A stretch of DNA of 64,000 nucleotides from an uncultured Mollicutes bacterium (GTDB taxonomy: Bacteria > Bacillota_I > Bacilli_A > UBA3375): contig UWSE01000001.1 in NCBI GenBank assembly GCA_900551955.1, positions 5,813-69,812 on the forward strand, written 5' to 3'. Positions 48,712 to 58,233 of this stretch are shown piece by piece. The notes under the pieces are model-generated. The model was not told the DNA's origin. It saw only the letters and a program-made list of their open reading frames with translations, and ran no database searches. The position numbers and the translations under genes are program-made. Position 1 is the stretch's first letter, and each line of letters opens with the position of its first letter.

Positions 48712-50049
48712 CTAGTATTGTGTATTAGTTATAATAAATTGGTTTGTTTCACTAATGAAACTAAAGTTAATATCTCCTGTACGACCATTACGGTTTTTCT
48801 CGATACTAACAATTGTTTGACCTTGATATTCAGCATGGTTAAATTCGTCGTCTTGGTAATATTCAGGACGATATAACATCATAATAATGTCTGCATCTTG
48901 TTCAATTGCCCCTGAATCACGAATATCACTCATTTGTGGTTTTTTATTTTGACGACGTTCTACTTCACGAGATAATTGTGATAAAGCAATAACCGGCACA
49001 TCTAATTCTTTAGCGATTGCTTTTAATTCACGAGAAATATAACTTACCTCTTGCACACGACCAACATTTGGATTATCCGTTGTAATTAATTGTAGGTAAT
49101 CAATAAAGATAGCATCTAATCCATGTTCTAATTTTAATTTACGTGCTTTAGATTTCAATTCATTGATTTTTAACCCCGGCGTTTCATCAATGTGGAAGTT
49201 ATAACTATGTAGGTTTTTCTTACTTTGTTCAACAAAAGCCACTTCATCTGCATTTAAATCACCACTACGTAATTTAGCAATATTTACTCCAGAGTCAATA
49301 CTGACAAAACGAGTAATTAATTGACTAGCAGGCATTTCTAAAGAATAAAATGCAATATGTGGACGATTATTATTACTGCTTTTAGCCATGTTCGCCATTA
49401 AGTTTAAACTAAATGCTGTTTTCCCCATACTAGGACGAGCAGCTAATATAATTAATTCTCCACCATGAAAACCATTAGTATGATCATCTAGTGTTTTGTA
49501 GTTAGTACTTAAACCTGTTAATGATTTATTATCATTAATTAATTTAATCATATCTTCATGCCAGGCATCAAGTGATTGGTCCCAGTCTAAGAACTCTCCA
49601 CTTTGTGTTAATTGGGATAATTCTACTACTGCTTTTTGCGCATAATCAACTACCATATTCGCTTCATCATGCTCTTTAGCATAATTAATCATTTTACTAC
49701 CAGTGGAAATTGTTTGACGAATCATATATTTATCATAAACAATTCGCGCATATGCACCTAAATTAGAAGCAATACTTACAGCTCCATTTAACATTGATAA
49801 ATATTCAAACCCTCCAACTTGTTCTAATTTATTTTTATCAGTTAAATAATCTTTAACAGTCAATAAATCAATTACTTGGTGTTGATTCATTAAATCTATA
49901 AATGCTTGAAAAATAACTTGATGACGTTGTTCATAAAAACAGTCACTAGTTAGCATCTCTTTGATTTCATAGATTCGTTCCGGATCATTAAAGACCCCGC
50001 CTAATACGGCAATTTCAGCATCTTGACTATAAGGCAATTGATTGTCCAC
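48712..50049 (-). CDS. dnaB: Replicative DNA helicase (DnaB family; DnaC in Bacillus nomenclature)
   Basis: 445 aa with Walker A ARPSMGKTAF, Walker B IFIDYLQL, and SQLSREVE plus RNG. Confidence 0.95.
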   Translation of the reverse strand: MDNQLPYSQDAEIAVLGGVFNDPERIYEIKEMLTSDCFYEQRHQVIFQAFIDLMNQHQVIDLLTVKDYLTDKNKLEQVGGFEYLSMLNGAVSIASNLGAYARIVYDKYMIRQTISTGSKMINYAKEHDEANMVVDYAQKAVVELSQLTQSGEFLDWDQSLDAWHEDMIKLINDNKSLTGLSTNYKTLDDHTNGFHGGELIILAARPSMGKTAFSLNLMANMAKSSNNNRPHIAFYSLEMPASQLITRFVSIDSGVNIAKLRSGDLNADEVAFVEQSKKNLHSYNFHIDETPGLKINELKSKARKLKLEHGLDAIFIDYLQLITTDNPNVGRVQEVSYISRELKAIAKELDVPVIALSQLSREVERRQNKKPQMSDIRDSGAIEQDADIIMMLYRPEYYQDDEFNHAEYQGQTIVSIEKNRNGRTGDINFSFISETNQFIITNTQY

Positions 50050-50492
50050 TATTTCTCCTCAACATAAATATTAACTTTACATACAACATCTTTTTGTAAT
50101 TCAATTTCGATTTCATTAAATCCAAAAGATTTAATTGGATCCATTTTAATTTGACGTTTTTCAATTTTAAATCCTAATTCATTTAACTTTTCACTGACTT
50201 GTTTAGATGAAATTGTTCCAAACGCTTGACCTGTATCACCTTTTTGCAAATTAAAAGTTATTTGTAATTTTTCAATCTTCGCTTTTAATTCTTGATTAGC
50301 TTTAGTTTTCGCATCCTTATCTTTAGCACGCTGTGCTAATTCTGCATCTAAATGTTTTTTATTACCTTTAGTTAATTCCAAAGCTAAATTATCTTTAAAT
50401 AAAACATTGTCGGCATATCCTTGTGATACTTCAACTATATCATCTTTTTTTCCTAACTTTTTAACATCTTGTAATAAAATAACCTTCATCAC
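50049..50492 (-). CDS. rplI: 50S ribosomal protein L9
   Basis: 147 aa with the N-terminus MKVILLQDVKKLGKKDDIVEV. Confidence 0.95.
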   Translation of the reverse strand: MMKVILLQDVKKLGKKDDIVEVSQGYADNVLFKDNLALELTKGNKKHLDAELAQRAKDKDAKTKANQELKAKIEKLQITFNLQKGDTGQAFGTISSKQVSEKLNELGFKIEKRQIKMDPIKSFGFNEIEIELQKDVVCKVNIYVEEK

Positions 50493-52327
50493 TACTCCTC
50501 ATATGTTTTAATTTTATTCATTAATCCAATATATTGGTCATGATTTAAAATTCCTGCAGCTTGGGTTGCATGACCTCCACCGCCAAATTCTTCTATAAAC
50601 ATTTTAGCGTTAATATCACCCATCGAACGAACTTTAACAATATATTGATAATCAACATTACTAATCACAATTGATGCTTTAACATCCTTGATTTCTAGAA
50701 TACTATCTGCCACTTTAGATAAAATGACATGGTCATCGATTAATTCTGTATTAACTACACTAAAACAATTAACTTTAATGACATTACTTGCAAGTGTATT
50801 TAATAACTTAAATTGTTCAAAATTATCAAACGTTAATTTACGGGCTACTAACATATCTCCACCATTTTTTACTAATCGTTTAACCATATCTAGAGTTGTT
50901 TCACTAACACGATATGTCAGATGGTTAGTATCAATTAGCATTCCGTATAAAGCATATGTTGCTAACGCTTTACTTCCTAGTTTTGTTTGCGATACTGCAA
51001 ACATTTGTAGAATCATTTCAATTACAGATGATAAACTTGGTTCTACCCATTTAGTAACTGGATTTTTAATTAAATCATCTGGGGCTTGATGGTGATCAAT
51101 AATAACAATATCATTGATTAATTTTAAACTTTCTGGATTAGATACATAGTTTTGCGCTTGCGTATCAACAATTAATAGTAAATTATTTTCCGCACTAACT
51201 TCGCAAGTACTACTAACAATTAAATCTTTAGGCTCTTTAATTAACTTCTTAATTAATTCTTGATGTTCATCATCAATCAATAATGTAATTGGCATATTGT
51301 ATTTATTACGAATTAATTGATACATTAATACCATTGCACCAATACAATCACTATCAGGATGATTATGTCCCATTAAATAAATGTGTTGTTTATGTTTAAT
51401 AATGTTCATTAAGGTTTGATACATTAATCGCGCTTTCATTAATGTCGAACCTTGAATAACATTCGTTCCGCCACCAAAGATGATCCGTGTATCGCCATCA
51501 AAGATAATTGTTTGTGCTCCCCCACGCGAAATCGCTAAGTCTAGCGCTTCCATCGCTTTATAACCTGTTGCTCGCACATTTGGTTGATTAAAGGCAATTC
51601 CCATACTATAACTGATTGTATATTCCTCAGTCATGTATTTTTTAAATAAATCAAATAATGGAGCAAAACGTTGATCAATTAATTCGCGTAATTCTTTAGC
51701 AGGAATTAATAACTGGTATTTTTCACCTTCAAATTCTTGATAGAAAATATTGTTTTGATCAAAAAAACGTAGCAAATCAACACGTAAATCACGAATTACA
51801 CTACCAAAGTTTTCTCGTGACAATTGTTCTTCTAGATATTGGTAATTATCTAATGTTAAAATCGCAATATTTGTTTGTTTATTTTCTAACGAACGTAAGT
51901 AACGTTGACTACTAGTTACATTCTGAATAAAATAAACTCCATCATCTGCTTTAACTTGATAAATTTGTTGGTTATAGACAAACGTATTATCATCCGTCAC
52001 TTTATCTAAACCAATATTTTGAATTGAACGATCTTCTTTTAAGATTGGAAACTCTGAATAACTTAAATCATTACACCACACAACTTTATTATCTTTAACA
52101 ATTAAAATAACTGTGTTAGGTGCTTTAATAATTTCTTTATTTGCAATTACTAACTTTTGCTCGATAAATTTTTCTTCCTCTTCTTTACTAAAGTACGTAT
52201 TCAAATAATAAAAACATACTATGCATAATGTTGTAATCATTAAAACATAAACAAAATTTAGCTTAAATAAGTAGCTAATTCCAAGAATTCCGATTACTAA
52301 TAATGCAATTACAATATTTTTTTTCAT
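50492..52327 (-). CDS. gdpP: Cyclic-di-AMP phosphodiesterase GdpP (YybT family: 2 TM helices, PAS-like, degenerate GGDEF, DHH/DHHA1)
   Basis: The ATG at 52325-52327 (MKKNIVIALLV...) follows aaggaa. The motifs are GHNHPDSDCIGA, DHH and GGGH. The yybT-rplI-dnaC order matches Bacillus. Confidence 0.85.
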   Translation of the reverse strand: MKKNIVIALLVIGILGISYLFKLNFVYVLMITTLCIVCFYYLNTYFSKEEEEKFIEQKLVIANKEIIKAPNTVILIVKDNKVVWCNDLSYSEFPILKEDRSIQNIGLDKVTDDNTFVYNQQIYQVKADDGVYFIQNVTSSQRYLRSLENKQTNIAILTLDNYQYLEEQLSRENFGSVIRDLRVDLLRFFDQNNIFYQEFEGEKYQLLIPAKELRELIDQRFAPLFDLFKKYMTEEYTISYSMGIAFNQPNVRATGYKAMEALDLAISRGGAQTIIFDGDTRIIFGGGTNVIQGSTLMKARLMYQTLMNIIKHKQHIYLMGHNHPDSDCIGAMVLMYQLIRNKYNMPITLLIDDEHQELIKKLIKEPKDLIVSSTCEVSAENNLLLIVDTQAQNYVSNPESLKLINDIVIIDHHQAPDDLIKNPVTKWVEPSLSSVIEMILQMFAVSQTKLGSKALATYALYGMLIDTNHLTYRVSETTLDMVKRLVKNGGDMLVARKLTFDNFEQFKLLNTLASNVIKVNCFSVVNTELIDDHVILSKVADSILEIKDVKASIVISNVDYQYIVKVRSMGDINAKMFIEEFGGGGHATQAAGILNHDQYIGLMNKIKTYEE

Positions 52328-52350
52328 ACATTCCTTAATAAAAATAAGAA

Positions 52351-52379
52351 TAATCACACAAGCCAAACTTGTGTGATTT
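52351..52379 (-). terminator. Hairpin between rpsR and gdpP (terminator or attenuator)
   Basis: The 10-bp stem atcacacaag / cttgtgtgat has a ccaaa loop and is followed on the minus strand by attattcttattttt. Confidence 0.55.
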
Positions 52380-52382
52380 TAA

Positions 52383-52640
52383 TTATCTTTTCGCAACTTT
52401 GACGAAAGGCATTAATGCCATGTGGCGAGAACGTTTGATTGCTTTTGCTAAATCACGTTGGTAGTCAGCTTTAGTTCCTGTACTACGACGAGATTTAATT
52501 TTACCACGATCATTAATGTATTTATTTAATAATTCCACATCCTTGTAGTCGATGTATTGCACATTATTTTTTGTAAAATAACATTCACGACGACTTTTGA
52601 ATGGAACTGGTTTTTTTCTACGATTACGTGTATTTGCCAT
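52383..52640 (-). CDS. rpsR: 30S ribosomal protein S18
   Basis: 85 aa, full-length S18. Confidence 0.97.
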   Translation of the reverse strand: MANTRNRRKKPVPFKSRRECYFTKNNVQYIDYKDVELLNKYINDRGKIKSRRSTGTKADYQRDLAKAIKRSRHMALMPFVKVAKR

Positions 52641-52656
52641 AATTCCTCCTATTTAA

Positions 52657-53121
52657 TTAAAATGGTAAATCATTATCATTAATGTCATCTAAGTTCATGA
52701 AATCATAAGGTGTAGTTTCACCTGTTTGGTTATTGAATGCATTGTTGTTTGCTGGTTGGTTATAAGCGGGTTGGGCTTGGATGTTTCCACCATTACCATT
52801 ACGGTTAGAGTCAAGTGGAGATACTTGATTAGCAACAACTTCAGTTACATACACTCGTTGACCTTGTTGATTATCATAACTTCTAGTTTGAATTCTTCCT
52901 TCGACACTAATTAAACGACCTTTTTGTAAATAGTTAGCCATAAAACGTGCAGTTGGTCCAAAAGCAACACAGTTAATAAAATCTGCATCATATTCACCAT
53001 TAGCGTTTTTATAATTACGATTAACAGCAACAGTGAAGTTAACCACTTCATTATTGCTAGTTGTTGCTTTTAATTCAATGTCTCTAGTAATTCTTCCAAC
53101 TAAAATAACACTATTTACCAT
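52657..53121 (-). CDS. ssb: Single-stranded DNA-binding protein
   Basis: 154 aa with an OB fold, a Gln/Asn/Gly-rich linker and an acidic tail ending DDLPF. Confidence 0.95.
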   Translation of the reverse strand: MVNSVILVGRITRDIELKATTSNNEVVNFTVAVNRNYKNANGEYDADFINCVAFGPTARFMANYLQKGRLISVEGRIQTRSYDNQQGQRVYVTEVVANQVSPLDSNRNGNGGNIQAQPAYNQPANNNAFNNQTGETTPYDFMNLDDINDNDLPF

Positions 53122-53135
53122 TATAAACTCCTAAA

Positions 53136-53456
53136 TTATTTTCTAATTGTATCTAGAGTATTAGCTTCAACGTCGTCTACATCAACAACTAAGAAACGAA
53201 TAACTGCGTCGTTGATTCGACAAATACGTTCAAACTCTTGATTAGCTTCATGATTTGCTTCAACTACAAAAAAGAAATAATATCCATTTTTGAAGTGATC
53301 AATTTCATAAGCTAACTCTCTTAAACCGACGTTAGCTTCGTCAATGATTTTACCATCACGATCTGTATAAATCGCTTTAAGTAAATTGATTGTTTCATTA
53401 ACCATAGCTTCATCCAAGTTAGGTCTAAGAATAAATCCTACTTCATATTTTTTCAT
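53136..53456 (-). CDS. rpsF: 30S ribosomal protein S6
   Basis: 106 aa with the N-terminus MKKYEVGFILRP. Confidence 0.95.
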   Translation of the reverse strand: MKKYEVGFILRPNLDEAMVNETINLLKAIYTDRDGKIIDEANVGLRELAYEIDHFKNGYYFFFVVEANHEANQEFERICRINDAVIRFLVVDVDDVEANTLDTIRK

Positions 53457-53525
53457 TTTTCCTCCTTATGGTCTTTTGGCCAAAATTGGCAAGGAGTAAT
53501 AAAATTACTCAAATTTATTATATCA
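53457..53525 (-). promoter_or_regulatory. rpsF promoter (extended -10, TGaTATAAT at 53517..53525) and a structured 5' leader of about 55 nt
   Basis: The minus-strand sequence is tgatataat aaatttGAGTAATtttATTACTCcttgccaattttggccaaaagaccatAAGGAGGaaaaATG. It has a perfect 7-bp hairpin, and its 3' arm plus ctt (ACTCCTT) is complementary to the SD AAGGAG(G). Confidence 0.45.
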
Positions 53526-53557
53526 TAAATAATGATTGATGGAAAGATAATTTATAT

Positions 53558-53584
53558 TAAAAAAATGGGATAAATCCCATTTTT
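53558..53584 (-). terminator. Rho-independent terminator downstream of gpmI
   Basis: The stem aaatggga / tcccattt has a taaa loop and a T-run on the minus strand. Confidence 0.75.
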
Positions 53585-55108
53585 CTACTTAATTAAGCTA
53601 TGTCCTGTCATTTCACTAGGTTGTTCTACACCTAATAAATCAAGCATTGTTGGAGCTAAATCACATAAACGTCCATCTTCTTGTAATTCTACACCTTCTT
53701 TAGTAACAATTAATGGTACTAAACTAGTCGTATGGGCAGTATTTGGACTTCCATCTTCATTTAAGACTTTATCACTATTACCGTGATCTGCTGTAATTAA
53801 CATTACTCCACCTAAACTATCAACAACTTGATAAATTTGTCCTAAACAATCATCAACTGCTTCTATCGCTTTAATGGTAGGTTCTAACTTACCTGAATGC
53901 CCTACCATGTCAGGATTAGCAAAATTTAAAATAACTACATCTGGAGTGTTGGTTTTAAGCTCATTAATTAAATTACTACATACTTCATACGCACTCATCT
54001 CAGGTTTTAGATCATAAGTTGCAACTTTTGGTGAATCAATTAATAAACGTTTACAACCAGGATATTCTTTTTCTTCTCCTCCATCAAAGAAGAAAGTAAC
54101 GTGCGGATATTTTTCTGTTTCTGCAATACGTAATTGGCTAAGACCAGCTTTACTTACTACTTCTCCTAATCCATTATTAAGTTTAGGTAAAGCAAAAGCA
54201 ATTTCCCCATTAACATCATCATGATATTTCATCATCCCCACAAAGACTAAATTAGTAGGTCGATAATTAGGTTTAAAAACTGGACTTTCAGGTTTTGGAT
54301 CATAATTAGGGTTAGTTAAAACCCCAGATAATTGAATAGCACGATCGGGACGGAAGTTAGCAAATACTACACTATCATTATCTTTGATCGGTTGCGCAAT
54401 ATTTTTATTAAACGCTGGTTTGATAAACTCATCAAACACACCTTCTTCATAACTAGCATTAACATAATCAATAACATTATCAAAGCTATTACCACTTGCT
54501 TCAACAATTGCATTGTATGCTAACTCAACACGATCCCATCGTTTATCACGATCCATTGCATAATAACGTCCACTAATACTTGCTATACAACCAACACCTA
54601 ATTCATCAATTTTATCTTGTAATTGTTTGATGTATGTTAAACATGTTTGTGGTCCAACATCTCGTCCATCAGTGATAATGTGGACAAATACATTATTAAC
54701 TTCTTCTTTTTTTGCCATTTCTAATAAGGCTAAAATATGGTTGATGTGGGCATGAACTCCCCCATCAGATAATAATCCTAAAATGTGTAAATTATGATCT
54801 TTAGCATTTGTCATTGCATGCATTAAATGTTCATTAGCAAAAAAACTTTGATCTGCAATTGCATTATTTAACAATACTAATGATTGATATACAACTCTTC
54901 CTGCTCCAATATTTAAATGCCCTACTTCAGAGTTACCCATTTGTCCATCAGGTAAACCAACATGTCCTCCATCGGCATGTAATAAAGTGTGTGGGTATTT
55001 ATCCTCAAGCATATCAAAGTTAACTTTGTTAGCTTGTGCTACTGCATTACCATACACTTCATCACGAATTCCCATTCCATCTAATATACATAATACTACT
55101 GGTTTCAT
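53585..55108 (-). CDS. gpmI: 2,3-bisphosphoglycerate-independent phosphoglycerate mutase
   Basis: 507 aa with the N-terminus [10 protein letters not shown], the catalytic Ser context GNSEVGHLN, and ADHGN. Confidence 0.95.
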   Translation of the reverse strand: MKPVVLCILDGMGIRDEVYGNAVAQANKVNFDMLEDKYPHTLLHADGGHVGLPDGQMGNSEVGHLNIGAGRVVYQSLVLLNNAIADQSFFANEHLMHAMTNAKDHNLHILGLLSDGGVHAHINHILALLEMAKKEEVNNVFVHIITDGRDVGPQTCLTYIKQLQDKIDELGVGCIASISGRYYAMDRDKRWDRVELAYNAIVEASGNSFDNVIDYVNASYEEGVFDEFIKPAFNKNIAQPIKDNDSVVFANFRPDRAIQLSGVLTNPNYDPKPESPVFKPNYRPTNLVFVGMMKYHDDVNGEIAFALPKLNNGLGEVVSKAGLSQLRIAETEKYPHVTFFFDGGEEKEYPGCKRLLIDSPKVATYDLKPEMSAYEVCSNLINELKTNTPDVVILNFANPDMVGHSGKLEPTIKAIEAVDDCLGQIYQVVDSLGGVMLITADHGNSDKVLNEDGSPNTAHTTSLVPLIVTKEGVELQEDGRLCDLAPTMLDLLGVEQPSEMTGHSLIK

Positions 55109-55109
55109 C

Positions 55110-55739
55110 TTACTCCTTATCCATTAATATTATACTCTTATTTTGATCAACTTGCAAGGTTATTGTAAAATCTATTTGTTTTATGTGATTAATCAATTGC
55201 TCTAATTGTTCATCAATTATATCAAAACTAATCTGGCATTTAACTCCCCAGCAATAATCAAGATTAGCAATAGTGTAGTTTTTAAGTAAATGATCAATCT
55301 TATCTACTACGTTTAAATCAACGTTAAAGACAATCTTACTAGCTTGAATTTGTTCACCTATTTTACAATTATTTAAAACTTCACTACAACTTTGGGCATA
55401 AGCTCGAATTAAACCTCCACTACCAAGCTTAATTCCCCCAAAGTATCTAATACAAACAACTAATACATGATCCATTTGTTTATATTTTAATACTTCTAAC
55501 ATACTAAAACCGGCTGTTTTACTCGGTTCATTATCATCATCAAAGCCAACTTCGCTTCCGCATACATAAGCATACACAACATGTCGTGCATCTTTATAGT
55601 ATTCTTTGAATTGCTTAACAATTGGTTTAACATCATCCCCACTACTTAGGGGAATGGCAAAGCTAATGAATTTTGATTTCTTAATCTCAAATTCATGACT
55701 AGTTACATCTTTGATTGTCTTCATTTGATTCCTTAACAA
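55110..55739 (-). CDS. yigZ: YigZ/IMPACT-family protein (UPF0029)
   Basis: 209 aa with the motifs [22 protein letters not shown] and [17 protein letters not shown]. Confidence 0.85.
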   Translation of the reverse strand: MLRNQMKTIKDVTSHEFEIKKSKFISFAIPLSSGDDVKPIVKQFKEYYKDARHVVYAYVCGSEVGFDDDNEPSKTAGFSMLEVLKYKQMDHVLVVCIRYFGGIKLGSGGLIRAYAQSCSEVLNNCKIGEQIQASKIVFNVDLNVVDKIDHLLKNYTIANLDYCWGVKCQISFDIIDEQLEQLINHIKQIDFTITLQVDQNKSIILMDKE

Positions 55740-56193
55740 AAGAGTTGATTACATCGATCATCTGATTGATTTGTTGATTAATCATATCACTACGCTTATC
55801 TGAAAATTGTCGATTATTTAGCCATGTTTGAGAATAAGTATCTAATCCTAAACGATTATACACATTGCTTAATTTTAATTGCTCAATTAAATCCCATTTA
55901 ACAATAAAGTGTTTAGCAACTTGATCTGCTACTACTTCTTTTTGAGCGGTTGTCAAACTTTTATCTAGTGGATGATTAAAATACATGTGTGTTGTTTCGT
56001 GAATTAATGTATAAATCATCCCTGCTTGATTGTCTTGGGTATCAATGGCAATCTCTTTACTAACGATTAAATCACCTTGAGTTTTGATTTTATAGTGACC
56101 ACCTTTTTGACAACCTTTGCGTTGAGTTTTAACAACTACTTGATGTTCTTGATATAAAGGTGTTAGCAATGATAATAAGCACTTAATTTCCAT
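55699..56193 (-). CDS. Small hypothetical protein with an HExxH motif (putative zinc metallopeptidase-like)
   Basis: The ATG at 56191-56193 follows gggag. The motif is LIHETTHMYFNH. I can assign no confident family. Its 3' end overlaps yigZ by 41 nt. Confidence 0.45.
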   Translation of the reverse strand: MEIKCLLSLLTPLYQEHQVVVKTQRKGCQKGGHYKIKTQGDLIVSKEIAIDTQDNQAGMIYTLIHETTHMYFNHPLDKSLTTAQKEVVADQVAKHFIVKWDLIEQLKLSNVYNRLGLDTYSQTWLNNRQFSDKRSDMINQQINQMIDVINSFVKESNEDNQRCN

Positions 56194-56263
56194 CTTTGCT
56201 CCCAACAATCAATAAAACCACTACTAACCATAGCCACTGAATTAACATTATTTAATCCACCCA

Positions 56264-56527
56264 TTAAGATTGATCGCGTTCTGCTCCTTGATTGATATAA
56301 ACAATAGTTGCTCCAGCTCCCCCAAATTGTGGTGGTGCGAACTCATAGCGTTCAACATAAGGACTGATACTTAAAGCATCCCACACTTCGTTTTTGATTA
56401 TATAATCACCATGGCCATGAACAATACACACAAAATGTTGTTTCGTACAATAGTTTTCATATAAGAAACTTTCGACTAGCACTTTTGCTTCATAACGATT
56501 AGCACCATGCAAATCTAATTTATGCAT
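56264..56527 (-). CDS. Stand-alone Smr (small MutS-related) domain protein
   Basis: 87 aa with the motifs LDLHG and VHGHG. Confidence 0.75.
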   Translation of the reverse strand: MHKLDLHGANRYEAKVLVESFLYENYCTKQHFVCIVHGHGDYIIKNEVWDALSISPYVERYEFAPPQFGGAGATIVYINQGAERDQS

Positions 56528-57836
56528 GACGTTTGATTATAATTTTATTAATAATCATAATAACAATTAATAAAACTATTAATACAATATAACCTAAGAT
56601 TATTGATGTTGCAAGTAACATCACAATTAAACTAACAATGAAACTTAATGATGCTAATACCATTACTACAAGGTATTGTTTAAAATCAACTTGCAGTTCA
56701 TGATTTAAATATAAACTAACTTGTTTTCTAATAAAACTAAATAAATAACTACATCCAAGATAAATCCCTAAGAATAACATTTTATCTTGAGTCCCTAACA
56801 TATTCATTAAAGGCACTAATAGCGGGAAAGTTAAAATTAAAGGCATTAATCGATTATCAATAAAAATATTGATAATCAATAATAACCCAATAATTAATGA
56901 TAGATATAGGTATAAATGATAATAATTGATTTGCCAATAACTTCCAAAACTATTAATTGCAATATTCGTAAAAATTACTACCATTATTAAAAATAGGACT
57001 AATTTAAACCAATCTGCACATCCTGTAAGTAAATTACGCAATAAGACACGTTCATCACGTTGATTGTGTTTGTGTAAGAAGTTATCTACATAAAATAAAG
57101 AAAATAAGAAACATAGTAGTAACCCTACTGCTAGACCAAATAAAATAATTTTACCCCTAATTACACCAAAAGCAATCCCGATCACTAATAAGAGCGCATT
57201 AATTAATGTCATTTTTTTCATGTTATCAAAACTTTGCGGAGTATGAACTGTTAACGTTTCACTATCATCAACATATCCATTTACACTTTTGCTTACAATA
57301 AACAAACATGATAAAATAACTGTCCCTATTCCTACCATACTGCATACTAAAATAGTATATAATGAGTTTTGAATTGTTAAAAACTCAGTAATCAAATAAT
57401 AACTAACAATAAAACTACTACTTCCAATAAATAGTCCTGATAAAATATATGATCCATATAAATAATATTTATTAGTAACTTGCGGACGAGTTAATTTAAT
57501 AAAGTCACTAAAAGGTGCTAAGACCATACTTAGTAAATTAGTTTTAGTATTCATCGGTTTAGTTAAATAGAAATTTGCTTTCTCATTAAACCCAATTGTT
57601 TGATAAATTCGATAGATTAAGAAAATTAATAATAAGACAATTGCCATTAAGAAACGGTGATTATATAACACTGTTTTAAAGTCAATGGCTGCAATCATAT
57701 TTGTCACAAAATCATTAATTTGTGTTGAATTAAATAAAACAATCATGATGATACCCATCATCATCGAAAATAACTCATGTTTTAATTTCGCATATAAAAA
57801 TAACATAAAGGCGATGATTAAAATATAAACTAACAT
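56520..57836 (-). CDS. Polytopic membrane protein of unknown function
   Basis: 438 aa with about 12 TM segments and no recognisable motif. It overlaps the smr start by 8 nt. Confidence 0.5.
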   Translation of the reverse strand: MLVYILIIAFMLFLYAKLKHELFSMMMGIIMIVLFNSTQINDFVTNMIAAIDFKTVLYNHRFLMAIVLLLIFLIYRIYQTIGFNEKANFYLTKPMNTKTNLLSMVLAPFSDFIKLTRPQVTNKYYLYGSYILSGLFIGSSSFIVSYYLITEFLTIQNSLYTILVCSMVGIGTVILSCLFIVSKSVNGYVDDSETLTVHTPQSFDNMKKMTLINALLLVIGIAFGVIRGKIILFGLAVGLLLCFLFSLFYVDNFLHKHNQRDERVLLRNLLTGCADWFKLVLFLIMVVIFTNIAINSFGSYWQINYYHLYLYLSLIIGLLLIINIFIDNRLMPLILTFPLLVPLMNMLGTQDKMLFLGIYLGCSYLFSFIRKQVSLYLNHELQVDFKQYLVVMVLASLSFIVSLIVMLLATSIILGYIVLIVLLIVIMIINKIIIKRHA

Positions 57837-57846
57837 GCTCTTCTCC

Positions 57847-58233
57847 TTAATCTATTTCTAAAATTCGTCCTTGATGATCATAATTAAATTTAATAACTAA
57901 ATCAGGTGTTAAGTTTTGTTGTAAACACTCACTCCACTCAATAAAGATATAGTAATCTTGATCAAGATATTCATCTAATTCTATTTCACTTTGGCTTAAT
58001 CGATAACCATCAATATGGCATAGATGTGGATCGTAAGTTTTAATAATATTAAATGTTGGAGAAGTAATAGGTGCTTTTATCCCTATTACTTCTCCAAAAG
58101 CTTTAACAAAAGTTGTTTTACCAGCACCAATTGGCCCTTCTAAAAAGATAATGCTTCCTGGTGGGTAATGGTTAGCTATTTCTTTAGCTATGTTTTTGTA
58201 TTCTAGTTCGTTTTTACATAAAATCGTTGGCAT
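57847..58233 (-). CDS. tsaE: tRNA t6A37 biosynthesis ATPase TsaE
   Basis: The ATG at 58231-58233 (MPTILCKNE...) follows aaggtaa. The P-loop is GPIGAGKTTFVK, with the motifs SPTF and HIDGYRL. Confidence 0.85.
   Translation of the reverse strand: MPTILCKNELEYKNIAKEIANHYPPGSIIFLEGPIGAGKTTFVKAFGEVIGIKAPITSPTFNIIKTYDPHLCHIDGYRLSQSEIELDEYLDQDYYIFIEWSECLQQNLTPDLVIKFNYDHQGRILEID

Noticed and set aside
56194-56263. A 33-codon ORF (MGGLNNVNSVAMVSSGFIDCWEQRWKLSAYYHC) starting right after the smr stop and overlapping the HExxH gene start
   Set aside because: It has no SD, is out of frame with and overlaps a better-supported start, and has no distinctive features. It is most likely a chance ORF.
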